Of a stretch of 64,000 bases of DNA, positions 39,746-49,214 are shown piece by piece (position 1 is the first letter of the stretch; each line of letters starts with the position of its first letter). The notes beneath the pieces are model-generated. The model was not told the origin of the DNA and made no database searches. It saw nothing but the letters and a program-made list of their open reading frames with translations. This DNA is from a virus. The stretch covers positions 29,579 through 93,578 of IMG/VR virus record IMGVR_UViG_3300031576_000016. One strand, 5' to 3'. Both the position numbers and the translations under genes were made by a program.

Positions 39746-40459
39746 ATGTTCTCGGAAGTCGTATGTCTATTGGTTGACAAACGGTGGGGACGCAGGAAAA
39801 TTATTCAAAACCAGGTTCGTTACTACCTTGGCATAAAGCCTCGCTTCTTTGTGGTTGGAAACGGCGAGATACTAAGTCAAGAGACATATGACCGCATAGA
39901 TACGCCTATCCCGGCGACAATCGCGCAAAGTGGCGAAAAGTGGCTACGTTTGCCGCATTCCTACAATGCGTTCTTATGTTTTCAGGAGATTGTCCGAGCA
40001 GCCAAGCAGCTTGGCCAAGAGAGTATTTTGTTACTCGAAGACGATGCCATTTTTGTCGATGATTTCAGCCAATCCTTTGAAAGGGCGAAGTCGGATATTG
40101 AGAAATTGGAAATCCCCTGGGATATTTTCTACCTCGGCGGCAGCCACAGGGCTGCCCGCACACTGCCTCTAACAGAGAACCTGTTCCGCGTCAATGGCAC
40201 AGCCTGCTTTCATGGTGTCGCACTGAGGAATACTGTCTACGACTCTATTTTGAATTTGCCGATGTGCGGACCTATCGACTTTGTTACGGCTCAATGCTTA
40301 CACTCCAAATGCGTAACCGTTGCCGCCTGGCCGAACCTGATTATCCAAACACGCGGCTGGAGTTTCTGTGAGGAACGTCGGGTGTGCCGACATGGGAGAT
40401 GGTTCACTAAAGGTCGGGTAGTTTATACTCTGGAGGAGCTAGGTGTCACAACATCATAG
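39746..40459 (+). CDS. GT25-like glycosyltransferase
   Basis: VVCL..DKR, ILLLEDDA, WDIFYLGG, PID. Confidence 0.75.
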   Translation: MFSEVVCLLVDKRWGRRKIIQNQVRYYLGIKPRFFVVGNGEILSQETYDRIDTPIPATIAQSGEKWLRLPHSYNAFLCFQEIVRAAKQLGQESILLLEDDAIFVDDFSQSFERAKSDIEKLEIPWDIFYLGGSHRAARTLPLTENLFRVNGTACFHGVALRNTVYDSILNLPMCGPIDFVTAQCLHSKCVTVAAWPNLIIQTRGWSFCEERRVCRHGRWFTKGRVVYTLEELGVTTS

Positions 40460-41018
40460 AATCTTGGCTCGGGTCCTCAAACAGATTTGCCGCCGTCAGC
40501 AGCAGGTGCTGGGTGCAGAGATAGGCGTCTACAAAGGCGACCTGTCCCTTTCTCTGCTCACCGCTTTCCCCAACCTGCATCTTCACCTGGTTGACATATG
40601 GAAGGCAGTGCCGGCCGATTCCGCATACGCTCTGAGCGGCGATGGCGCGGCCAAGCAGAGTGAAGACGAGCACCTGGCCAACAAGCTGGAGACGCTCCAG
40701 AAGATTGAGCCGTTCAAGGACCGTGCTACTGTCTGGCACTGCACATCCGCAGAAGCCGCCCACGGCCTCATCACTCAGGGCTCGAAGGGCAAACTCGACT
40801 TCGTATTCATCGACGGCGACCACACCAAGGCAGCCGTCGCGCATGACATCCTGAAGTGGTGGGCTGCCGTCCGCAAGGGCGGGCTTATCACAGGCCACGA
40901 CTACGGGCACCGTCGCCACACTGGTGTCAAAGAGGCAGTGGATGAGTTTGTCAACAAGCACAAGCTCAAGTTCCACGTTGGCCGGGCAAGCGTGTGGGTC
41001 ATTCAAAAGCCGACCTGA
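40443..41018 (+). CDS. Class I SAM methyltransferase (Methyltransf_24-like)
   Basis: GAEIGVYKG, LVDIW, DFVFIDGDH, GGLITGHDY. Confidence 0.85.
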   Translation: MSQHHRILARVLKQICRRQQQVLGAEIGVYKGDLSLSLLTAFPNLHLHLVDIWKAVPADSAYALSGDGAAKQSEDEHLANKLETLQKIEPFKDRATVWHCTSAEAAHGLITQGSKGKLDFVFIDGDHTKAAVAHDILKWWAAVRKGGLITGHDYGHRRHTGVKEAVDEFVNKHKLKFHVGRASVWVIQKPT

Positions 41019-41058
41019 CAAAAGACAAACAATTCCCTTCGGTCGGAAGGGGGGTGCG

Positions 41059-41871
41059 GTGGGAAAAAGTAAAGGCATTCTTTATTTCATTGTGGCGAGC
41101 AAGCGAGCAGTCGTCGCGGCCGTGAGCCTATGTGCGCTTCGCAAAGTCTATGACGGCCCGGTTCACATCGCCACTTCAACGTTCAGCGACTGGCACAAGA
41201 TAGCTCATCAAATCGTTGCGGACAAGCGCTTGAATCTGACGTGCAGCGATGTGCCGATTGTGCAGGTGAGGCGGCACGCGGTTCACACCAGTAAGACGTG
41301 GCTCCATCGGTATACGCCGTTTGACAGCACACTCTTCCTTGACGCGGACACCATCCCCGTTGGCGACTTCGATGAGGTCTGGCCTGTTGGCGACGAGATG
41401 GTTCTGACGCAGTTCTCGAACTGGTACAGTTGCGGTCAGCGCATCAAGAACCGCATTCATTGGTGGGACGGCGTGAGGCCGGACCTGGTGAAGCCGGCCA
41501 TCGACGGAGCCTATGCTGCGGTGAACACCGGTGTCCTGGGTTTCACGCGGAACACAGTGATGTTGGAACCGTGGCACCAACTGACAGTCGAAGGGGCCAA
41601 GACATTCATCCCAGATGAGATTGCTGCGCAACTCATCTACTTCAAATACGAGCATCGGTTGCTCGATGACCGCTTCAACTGCTCGCCGCAGTTCGGAGCG
41701 AACAAGAACGATGCCCGCATCTGGCACTGTCACGGTGGCAAGCATCTTCATCCGACCACGGCACCGCTGTGGACGCATACCCTCCAGGAATGCTGGCGGA
41801 AAAACATTGGCCACATCCAGTCGTGGATGACCCAACAAGAGCGCGAAAGGTACGCGAAATGTATATCGTAG
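41059..41871 (+). CDS. GT8/GT-A-like glycosyltransferase
   Basis: KTW...TPFDSTLFLDADT, VNTGV, DE, IWHCHG. Confidence 0.7.
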   Translation: MGKSKGILYFIVASKRAVVAAVSLCALRKVYDGPVHIATSTFSDWHKIAHQIVADKRLNLTCSDVPIVQVRRHAVHTSKTWLHRYTPFDSTLFLDADTIPVGDFDEVWPVGDEMVLTQFSNWYSCGQRIKNRIHWWDGVRPDLVKPAIDGAYAAVNTGVLGFTRNTVMLEPWHQLTVEGAKTFIPDEIAAQLIYFKYEHRLLDDRFNCSPQFGANKNDARIWHCHGGKHLHPTTAPLWTHTLQECWRKNIGHIQSWMTQQERERYAKCIS

Positions 41872-42785
41872 ACGTGATTGACCCCGCCGAGTATTCGACG
41901 GTGACCGTCCACTTCTCCCTTCAAGACCTCTGCAAGAAGATGGATTGGGAGTATGTGCCTGTTGAGCTATGGACCGCTCACAAGAACAACCCGCCTCAGC
42001 CACAGAGACAACACGACAAGGGCATCATCGTGTTCGCGGCCGCGCGGCTGAAGATTGACCGCGTGAAGACTTCGGACTTGAAGGCTGCCTACCCGACAGC
42101 GAAGCTCGTGTGCCTGGGCTCGGATACCATCTGGTACTTGAAAGGCCGGTCAACAACCGGCATGGTAGACCGCATCAAGAACACGGAGTTCATGACTCCG
42201 TATGATTGCGATTTGTTCCTGGACCTGATTGATGAGGTCGTTGACGCCTACAACTCCAAGGGCATCAACAGCGACACCTGGATGTGGTCGGTCTCCGAGC
42301 GTCTCTTGAACGACTTCCTGAGCCGGCCGCGCGGGGAGCCCACCAAGGACTTCATCGGATTGTGGCACCTGAACAACATGACCAGGCACAACATCTGGCA
42401 CACCATCGACCGCGCCGGCAAGACCTCTATCCGCAGCGGCCAGGTCAACTACAATCTGGACGAACTCTTCTCTGCTTATGCCTCGTGTCGGTTCACCATC
42501 GGGACCACGTCACCTTCCTGGACGACTCCCTACCGGACGATGAAGGGCTTCCGGGACTGGATTGGCCCGCCCTGCGGTAGCGTGCTCATCTACGACAACC
42601 ATCCGGACATCCTTCGGAAGTACACGTGCTGCCCGACTTACGATTACAACCGCCCCGACGAAATCATCACGCTCGCGAAGACCATCGACCGCGAAGCGGT
42701 CCTGCGCGAACAGGTGCAGTGGGCAAAGGACTACTGCATCGACAAACAGTTCCTTCGTCTCTTTCGGAAGCACAAGCTCGTATGA
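41859..42785 (+). CDS. GT-B (CgeB-like) glycosyltransferase
   Basis: C-terminal YASCRFTIG...MKGFRD.....GSVL pattern; GT cluster context. Confidence 0.5.
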   Translation: MYIVDVIDPAEYSTVTVHFSLQDLCKKMDWEYVPVELWTAHKNNPPQPQRQHDKGIIVFAAARLKIDRVKTSDLKAAYPTAKLVCLGSDTIWYLKGRSTTGMVDRIKNTEFMTPYDCDLFLDLIDEVVDAYNSKGINSDTWMWSVSERLLNDFLSRPRGEPTKDFIGLWHLNNMTRHNIWHTIDRAGKTSIRSGQVNYNLDELFSAYASCRFTIGTTSPSWTTPYRTMKGFRDWIGPPCGSVLIYDNHPDILRKYTCCPTYDYNRPDEIITLAKTIDREAVLREQVQWAKDYCIDKQFLRLFRKHKLV

Positions 42786-43504
42786 ACGTCGAGTTCGTCA
42801 CCCATTGTTGGCGCTACAGCCGGTTGCTCTGCTACCAGTTGTCGTCGTTCCATCTCTTCGCACCGCCTTCGGTAACCGTCACCATCTGCTACGCAGAAGA
42901 CGATGCGCCCACGGCCGACATGGTCCGCTATTTCGTTTGGGGTCTCAAGGGCGAGGCGTCCAACGGGCCAGTATGGAATCCGATGCCGATGAGCAGGGAA
43001 GAGGTCTGTCGCCGTGCCATCGGCCGCAACCGCGCGGCTCTGGCGTCGAAAGCGGACTGGCTCTGGTTCGCTGACTGCGACTATTGGTTCGGCGCGAGGC
43101 TGTTCCTGGCCCTCTCGACCCTGGCTGGCATTGCCCCCGAGCACAACCTGGTCTATCCTGGCGAGATTGTCCAGTGTTCCCAGGCTGAGGGGGACCGCCT
43201 GATTGACCTGGTGACCGGCCCGGACGTGAAGACGCTCTGCCCGACCTGCGATTCATTCCCCACGCACGCCTTCTGGAAGGCCATAGGAGGCGTCCAAATC
43301 GTCCGAGGGGAGTGGGCACGCCTCAACGGGTACTGCAAGGCTCACAAGCGGCACCAGAGGCCCACAGGGGCCTGGGCACGGAACGTGGAAGATGTGACGT
43401 TTAGGCAAGACATGGGGACTGCCGGGCACCGCATCAAACTCCCGGACGTGGTGAGGATTCGACATGGCCGGCGCGGGGGCTATGGCGGGGACGTGCTCAA
43501 CTGA
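42782..43504 (+). CDS. GT2-like glycosyltransferase
   Basis: RAIGRNRAA, WLWFADCD, GGVQI, EDV.F. Confidence 0.65.
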   Translation: MNVEFVTHCWRYSRLLCYQLSSFHLFAPPSVTVTICYAEDDAPTADMVRYFVWGLKGEASNGPVWNPMPMSREEVCRRAIGRNRAALASKADWLWFADCDYWFGARLFLALSTLAGIAPEHNLVYPGEIVQCSQAEGDRLIDLVTGPDVKTLCPTCDSFPTHAFWKAIGGVQIVRGEWARLNGYCKAHKRHQRPTGAWARNVEDVTFRQDMGTAGHRIKLPDVVRIRHGRRGGYGGDVLN

Positions 43505-43510
43505 CGGTCG

Positions 43511-43525
43511 GTGTATATCCTGGTG
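43511..43525 (+). promoter_or_regulatory. Putative late promoter
   Basis: GTGTATATCCTGGTG upstream of an AAGGAG RBS. Confidence 0.55.
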
Positions 43526-43539
43526 AAAGGAGACCGACC

Positions 43540-43746
43540 ATGCCAGACATCGTTTACATTCAGGGGCAGAAGGTGAAGAACGCCACAACGGACTTCGACA
43601 ACTTCGAGACCCCGGCCCCGGCAATCAAATTGCCAGGGAACATGGTCGTGGGTGGTGAGTTGGATTTGTCCATCGGCACCGCACCCGCGACAATGAGTCA
43701 GCGCGGCGACTCCATCGTGTGGATGGGCGACCGCAAGATGTCCTAA
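43540..43746 (+). CDS. Small hypothetical late protein (68 aa)
   Basis: Has its own promoter motif, RBS and terminator. Confidence 0.7.
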   Translation: MPDIVYIQGQKVKNATTDFDNFETPAPAIKLPGNMVVGGELDLSIGTAPATMSQRGDSIVWMGDRKMS

Positions 43747-43787
43747 AACGAAAGAGGCCGGCATTGCCGGCCTCCATCGTTTCATTT
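43745..43787. terminator. Probable bidirectional terminator at the strand convergence
   Basis: GAGGCCGGC-ATT-GCCGGCCTC (43754-43774) with A-rich left and T-rich right flanks. Confidence 0.7.
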
Positions 43788-44149
43788 CACTTCTCGGTTG
43801 GTTCGGGCTCACCCCGATACTTCGTCCAACCCTTGCCCTTGCTGTCGTAGGTTCCTTCTTTGCGACTCGGCTTGCCCTGAGCGGTGAGCTTGCGAATCGG
43901 GAACAAGTGCCCCTTCTTCGCCTTGCTCTGGCCCAGGCTCAGTCGAGCGCTACAGTCCAGGCACTGGTACTCGTAGTAGTCGTCGCCGTTGACCGTGCGG
44001 ACCGCGAACCGAAGGTTCGTCTTCTTGCACGCGCCGCACTCACGCTCACCAAACACTTCCTGAGTGTCAGCAAGCAGCTTGAAGAGTTCGGCCGGCGTTC
44101 CAGCTTCAAGCTCGAAGCTGACCAGCGGCGTTGCGAATGTTGCCTTCAT
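43787..44149 (-). CDS. Zinc-ribbon hypothetical protein
   Basis: CGAC...CLDC; adjacent to the putative SSAP. Confidence 0.6.
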   Translation of the reverse strand: MKATFATPLVSFELEAGTPAELFKLLADTQEVFGERECGACKKTNLRFAVRTVNGDDYYEYQCLDCSARLSLGQSKAKKGHLFPIRKLTAQGKPSRKEGTYDSKGKGWTKYRGEPEPTEK

Positions 44150-44213
44150 TGAACAAAAGCCCTCAAAAGTTTTCGCCAAAGTTTCTCAAGAAATCAGCGC
44201 GTGGCGAGCCCGC

Positions 44214-45038
44214 TTACTTCTTCCAATTCGGGTCATAACCCTTTACGTCATCAGGGATTTTCGTCGGGTCGTTCTGCAAAGAACTCAGGTGTTGAATCAT
44301 CTTCGCAGCAGTGCCGTGCGGAACGTCGTCGATGGACTTGTACTTGCGGCTGCCGGCGTTGATGTAGCCAAGGACGCTGATGTCGCACCGTTTGCACAGA
44401 GCCACGATGAACTGGACCTGGCTGGGAGCGATGACGCCGTTGACGCCGCTTTCTTCGAGCGGAACCTTGGTCTTCTCTTCGGCGGCGATGACGCGCTGAA
44501 GCTGAAGGGCCTTCCGGAGGCAGCGGGCTTCGGCGCGAGTGGCAGCTGTCGAACACGGATAGCGAGCGAACTCAAGCTCGGTGTTGCCGTAGAACACGTC
44601 GGCCACGTCGGAGAACTTCACCTTGATGGCTCCCTGACCTTCAGCCAGGTCCTCGGGACGGCACCACAGGAACTTCAGCTTGTACACGACGGTCGCGACG
44701 GAGAGCTTGCCGCCGGAGACTTCATCGACCAAGACGTGGGGCGCGGTGATGACCTGGCAGGTGCTCTCGATGATGGGGCCGAGCAGAAGGCGAGCCACGC
44801 GCCGGAGACCGGCGACGAACGGGTTGCCTTCGTTGTCCACTTCGTCCGGCTGGAACTTGGAAAGCACATAGTCGGACCAAGCCGGGTCGGTCATGGTCGG
44901 AGCTTCTTGAACCGGTGCCTTCTCCTCTTCCTGCTCATCGGGCTCCAGGTCAGCCACGGTTTCGAGTAGAGCGGAGTCGTCTTGCGGCTCACAGTTCTCC
45001 AATAGGGAATCCGGTTTCGTCGTTTTTCGTTCTGGCAT
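44214..45038 (-). CDS. Putative ssDNA-annealing protein (Rad52/Sak-like)
   Basis: A.TRAEARCLRKAL motif plus a small C-terminal helical domain. Confidence 0.45.
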   Translation of the reverse strand: MPERKTTKPDSLLENCEPQDDSALLETVADLEPDEQEEEKAPVQEAPTMTDPAWSDYVLSKFQPDEVDNEGNPFVAGLRRVARLLLGPIIESTCQVITAPHVLVDEVSGGKLSVATVVYKLKFLWCRPEDLAEGQGAIKVKFSDVADVFYGNTELEFARYPCSTAATRAEARCLRKALQLQRVIAAEEKTKVPLEESGVNGVIAPSQVQFIVALCKRCDISVLGYINAGSRKYKSIDDVPHGTAAKMIQHLSSLQNDPTKIPDDVKGYDPNWKK

Positions 45039-45312
45039 ACTCTTGCACTCCTTTGCGAATACGTTCGCGGACTTCAACTTCTCGGGGTCGCCCCTTTGTG
45101 GGATGAGGGTGTCGCCCCTTTTTCAACGCTTGCTTCTGTGCTTCGCTGCGGGTTCGTCGTTCCAGACCATGATGCACCAAAGCGCGGCGGACCATGTTCG
45201 GATACGTGCCCTTCTCTTGGGCCAGTTCATAGGTACTTCGATTGCCCAGGACGTATTCCTGCGTAAGATACGCGGCACCGGCTGGGCCCATCAACCAGTC
45301 TTTTACTGACAT
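44989..45312 (-). CDS. HTH + NUMOD3-like DNA-binding protein
   Basis: STYELAQEKGTYPNMVRRAL helix-turn-helix; HPTKGRPREVEVRERI. Confidence 0.55.
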   Translation of the reverse strand: MSVKDWLMGPAGAAYLTQEYVLGNRSTYELAQEKGTYPNMVRRALVHHGLERRTRSEAQKQALKKGRHPHPTKGRPREVEVRERIRKGVQEYARTKNDETGFPIGEL

Positions 45313-45779
45313 AGTCCGACGATTGCCTCGATGTTGAAATCGTCAACAACGTAGGACACGTTGCGATTCCAGCAGTCCTCGATGGCCCGCTGATGCTCTT
45401 TGCTTCGTGCGATGAGTGCGATGTTGGGATTTGCGTAGATAGACTTGAGAGTGGAATAATGCTTGTCCTGTATTCGCAACCACTCCAGGTCCCACACATA
45501 GAAGAGCTTTCTCTTGGGGCCTGGAAACTTCAACACTTTGTCGGCGGTGAGCAACGTCGTAGCAATAATAGTACCGTCGTACCCATATGCTTCGACCAGT
45601 TGCATCGACGCGAAATTCATGGTAGGCACGCAGGGGCGGAACAAGTTCTCGTAGAACGCAATGAAATCTACATCGTGCCGCTGACCCATCAACTGGTTCA
45701 CGCGGGCAATCATAAAGTAGTTCAGTTGTGTTGGTCCGAGATTAGTGACCGCCACTGCGAGCTTTGTACGCTGTGACAT
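45303..45779 (-). CDS. Glycosyltransferase-like N-terminal Rossmann domain protein
   Basis: IIATT...KLFYVWDLEW...IARS pattern of GT-B N-domains. Confidence 0.45.
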   Translation of the reverse strand: MSQRTKLAVAVTNLGPTQLNYFMIARVNQLMGQRHDVDFIAFYENLFRPCVPTMNFASMQLVEAYGYDGTIIATTLLTADKVLKFPGPKRKLFYVWDLEWLRIQDKHYSTLKSIYANPNIALIARSKEHQRAIEDCWNRNVSYVVDDFNIEAIVGLCQ

Positions 45780-45991
45780 TAGATGCCGGCTCCTTCTTCA
45801 AAAAAATCGTTCAGTTCCATAACCACAACTCGTTTGGTATTCCACAACGGTCTCTGCGTTTGCTTGTGACACGTGAGTGTCGCGTTACCATTCGGCTGGT
45901 GCGTCAGAAAACGCCCGCCGGGGCCGACGTTGATTGGAGATACACCACGTTTGATGTTGACCTCGAAATAACAATCGTCATGCACAATCAC
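45779..45991 (-). CDS. Hypothetical protein
   Basis: Coupled on both sides. Confidence 0.55.
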   Translation of the reverse strand: MIVHDDCYFEVNIKRGVSPINVGPGGRFLTHQPNGNATLTCHKQTQRPLWNTKRVVVMELNDFFEEGAGI

Positions 45992-46968
45992 TTGATAAAC
46001 CTCCGGCGGTAGTCGTGAACGGCTTGCCTGATGCCGTGGGACAGTGGCGTCAGAGCGAGTTCACCAAGCGACAGTTTCATGCGGTTGAGCACGAGCCGCT
46101 TGCGTAGTTGGCCGTCTTGCTTCTCTGTGTCCCAGCTAATCTTACCCTCGAAGCCGGCAGTGGAGGCAACCAATGTTGCCAGGTCCTTGATGGATAGTTC
46201 TTGGCCGGTGCCGAGATTGACGGGATAGTCCGACTCGTCGAAGTCCTCCATCGTCTTGACGAGCAATTGTGCTGCGTCTTCCACGTAAAGGAACTCGCGC
46301 ATGGGCCGGCCCGAGCCCCAGAGTGTCACTTCGGTACGATGCTCGGCCACTGCATCGCAGAACTTTTTGATGAGCCCGCCCATGACCTTGGTTCGTTCCG
46401 GGTCGTAGCTGTCGCCGGGTCCATACAAGGTAGTAGGACACGCGCACACGGCATTCAACTGGTACTGCTCGCGATAATAGCGAGAGGCGAGTTGGATGTT
46501 ACGTTTGGCGTAGCCATGACACGCCACGGAGCGATGCGGCTCGCCATCGAAAAAGTATAGTTCGTCAAGCAGTCCTTCTTCGCGGCCGTCTTTGGTCAAG
46601 AATATCTGGTCGTCCGGATAAGCGCAGGAGGCGACGACGGAGACAACCTTCTTGACTTTCGCTTTGGCCGCAATGTCCAGCAGGTAGCAGCCCATGACTG
46701 TGTTGCGCATGAAGATGTCTGCGGGGAACTTCCGGTTGAACTCGATGCCGCCGTTGTAGCCGGCCAGATGGAAGACATAGTCTGGCTGCGTCTTTTGGAA
46801 GCCTCGCACCAGGTCATACGGGTCCATCAAGTTGTGGCCATGTGGCCAGCACATCACTGTGGTGTCGTCCTTGTAGAACTTCTTGCGAAGCCGCTCGATG
46901 AGATGGCGTCCGAGGAAGCCAAAGCCGCCCGTCACAACAATCCTACTGCCGTTGAGGTCGATACTCAC
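45988..46968 (-). CDS. fcl: GDP-L-fucose synthase-like epimerase/reductase
   Basis: TGGFGFLG, HLAGYNGGI, SCAYP, YAKR, LYGPGD, WGSGRPMREFLYVED, DGQLRK. GTG start with AGGAG RBS. Confidence 0.85.
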   Translation of the reverse strand: MSIDLNGSRIVVTGGFGFLGRHLIERLRKKFYKDDTTVMCWPHGHNLMDPYDLVRGFQKTQPDYVFHLAGYNGGIEFNRKFPADIFMRNTVMGCYLLDIAAKAKVKKVVSVVASCAYPDDQIFLTKDGREEGLLDELYFFDGEPHRSVACHGYAKRNIQLASRYYREQYQLNAVCACPTTLYGPGDSYDPERTKVMGGLIKKFCDAVAEHRTEVTLWGSGRPMREFLYVEDAAQLLVKTMEDFDESDYPVNLGTGQELSIKDLATLVASTAGFEGKISWDTEKQDGQLRKRLVLNRMKLSLGELALTPLSHGIRQAVHDYRRRFIK

Positions 46969-47956
46969 GAATGTTCTCCTTGTCAGCGAATATGACGCAG
47001 GAGCCGTCATAGTCGAACTTGAATGGTATGTGAATGAAAGTGGGCAATGCTGCGATGATGGCCGCGTGTTTCTCTGGAGGGGCAATGAGCATCAGGCAAC
47101 CGCCGCCGCCGGCACCCATCAGCTTACCGCCCCACGCGCCGCTCAGACGAGCCTTCACATAGGCTTCGTTGATTGTCGCATTCGAGATGTGCGGCGAGAA
47201 GCTGCTTTTGATTCGCCAGCTTTGGTCAATCAGGCTTCCGAGTTGTTCATAGTCGCCTTTGCGAAGAGCTTCGACGCCACGCTCGGCAAGTCGAATCATC
47301 GCCCACTGCTCTTCCTTTTTGTCTGCAAGCTGAGGCGCGTAGGTTTTGGCAACCTCAGAAGCTGTTCGGCTGATGCCGGTGAAGAACAACATCATGTGCT
47401 GCTCCAGGAGCACATCGTCGAAGTCCCAATTCGAGGAGACGCGAATCTCTCCGTTTGGTTTGAAGGTGACGATTTGCGCGCCCCCTCCATGAGCAGCGAA
47501 GGTTTGGTCCTGGCATCCGACTGTCTCCCCCATCCTCTTCTGCTCAATGTGGATGGCGTCATCGCGGAGTTCTTCCTTGAGCTTCAGCTTGCCATGCAAA
47601 GCACTCAGCGAGTGAATGAGTCCAACCACGAACGAAGACGACGAGCCCGTCCCTGAACGCCCCGGGAGGTCAGAGAAGTGAAAGATTTCGTAGCCGTGGT
47701 CCTCCAACTCCAGGTGTTGGATTGTAGCCTTGATAGCGCGGTGCTCAATTTCCAAATTGCTATTGACCGTTTCAATGGCCGAGTAAACCACGCGCGTTTT
47801 GTATTCGTGGAACGGTGGTAGAAAGCGCGCAGAGATGTAACTGTATTTGTTGATGGCTACGCCGACAACGATGCCGCCATGTTTCCGGAACCAGCCTGGG
47901 TAATCCGTGCCGCCTCCAAGTAGACTAATCCTGACTGGTGTTCGCGTGATAATCAC
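46943..47956 (-). CDS. hddA: GHMP kinase, D-glycero-D-manno-heptose-7-phosphate kinase-like
   Basis: TRTPVRISLLGGGTDYP, DLPGRSGTGSSS, GCQDQ, GGKLMGAGGGG. Confidence 0.85.
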   Translation of the reverse strand: MIITRTPVRISLLGGGTDYPGWFRKHGGIVVGVAINKYSYISARFLPPFHEYKTRVVYSAIETVNSNLEIEHRAIKATIQHLELEDHGYEIFHFSDLPGRSGTGSSSSFVVGLIHSLSALHGKLKLKEELRDDAIHIEQKRMGETVGCQDQTFAAHGGGAQIVTFKPNGEIRVSSNWDFDDVLLEQHMMLFFTGISRTASEVAKTYAPQLADKKEEQWAMIRLAERGVEALRKGDYEQLGSLIDQSWRIKSSFSPHISNATINEAYVKARLSGAWGGKLMGAGGGGCLMLIAPPEKHAAIIAALPTFIHIPFKFDYDGSCVIFADKENIREYRPQRQ

Positions 47957-48243
47957 TTCGGTTGTCTCCACAGATTGCAATGATGGCACTGCTTGGTGCT
48001 GTGTGTTATGTGGTCGCCCTGGTCAACATCATCAGGTAGTTTGCCGGTGCCTTTGCAGTGTGTGCAAAAAGGCCGCAAATCAAATGGTTTGCCAATCACA
48101 ACCAACTGCACAATCCGCGTCTGGCACTTGAGGCAGATGTCAATCACACCGTTGCAATTGCGAGTGCTGAAGTGGCCCATCCCCTTGTCGGTGTTGAAGG
48201 ACTGGCCGCAACAATCGCATGAGTAGGTCGCGGTCGTTGCCAT
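47953..48243 (-). CDS. Small Cys-rich zinc-finger protein
   Basis: CDCC, CLKC, CTHCKGTG, CHHC. Confidence 0.6.
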   Translation of the reverse strand: MATTATYSCDCCGQSFNTDKGMGHFSTRNCNGVIDICLKCQTRIVQLVVIGKPFDLRPFCTHCKGTGKLPDDVDQGDHITHSTKQCHHCNLWRQPK

Positions 48244-49214
48244 TATGCGTTCCTCATTTTGGCCATCGCTTCGCGAGGCAGGAGGCGAAATAGCTCCACC
48301 ACTTCGTTGATGCCCTGTTCCAGAGGATGCTCTAACTGAAAGCCGGTGCTGAGAATCTTGGCGTTGGAGACCAGGTAGTTACGCTGGTCCGGGTCGCGAC
48401 CTTCGCCGATTTTCACGGCAGAGTGAGATAGTCCAAGAATGTCGCAAATCTTGTGGGCCAGTTGCAGCTTGGAAATGTTGGCCTTCGGATGGCCCAGGTT
48501 GTAGACGCCATCAGCCAGCACGTGGCCACTGAGAGCAAAGGCGAATGCTCGACACACATCTCGCACATGGACGTAGTTTCGCATGAAGTGCGGCTCGAAG
48601 ATTTCCAGGTACGGCACCGGCTCATAGGCTCGCTGGAAACGAAGGCGGCAGAGTGCGTGCGTGAAATCGTTCACCAATAAGTCGAACCGCATACGTGCGC
48701 TGGCTCCGAAGACTGTGGCCAGGCGAAACACAACTGTGTTGGCCCGGCTTCGCACAACAGATTCCGCTTCGCACTTCGTAATGCCGTACATGGAGATGGG
48801 CTTGAGGGTGTCGGTCTCTTTGCATTCGCCGGTCGCGTCGGTGACCCCGTAACCAGAGTTCGTGTTCGGGTAGACGATGCGCTGATTGGGACTGGCGTTC
48901 TCGACGATGGTCGTGATGGCGTGATGATTGACAGCAGCGGCCGTGGCAGTCATCTTGTCGCACGCCGGAGCCCCGACGATTGCCGCCAGAGGAACAATGG
49001 CGTCAACCTTCTTCAGCAGCTTCTTCATCTGGTCCTTTTGCGTCACATCCTGGTTGACGAACTCGAATAGCGGGTCGCCCACATAGGACGCAAGAGAGTG
49101 GCCGTTCTCATACATGAGATTGTCCACGGCCAGAACGCTGTGGCCGCGAGCTATCAGGTAGCCACAGAGCTTGGAACCAATATATCCCGCCGCGCCTGTG
49201 ATGAGAACTTTCAT
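48243..49214 (-). CDS. NAD-dependent sugar epimerase/dehydratase (SDR)
   Basis: ITGAAGYIGS, LAAIVGAPAC, YGITK, RLATVFG, RFDLLVN. Confidence 0.85.
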   Translation of the reverse strand: MKVLITGAAGYIGSKLCGYLIARGHSVLAVDNLMYENGHSLASYVGDPLFEFVNQDVTQKDQMKKLLKKVDAIVPLAAIVGAPACDKMTATAAAVNHHAITTIVENASPNQRIVYPNTNSGYGVTDATGECKETDTLKPISMYGITKCEAESVVRSRANTVVFRLATVFGASARMRFDLLVNDFTHALCRLRFQRAYEPVPYLEIFEPHFMRNYVHVRDVCRAFAFALSGHVLADGVYNLGHPKANISKLQLAHKICDILGLSHSAVKIGEGRDPDQRNYLVSNAKILSTGFQLEHPLEQGINEVVELFRLLPREAMAKMRNA

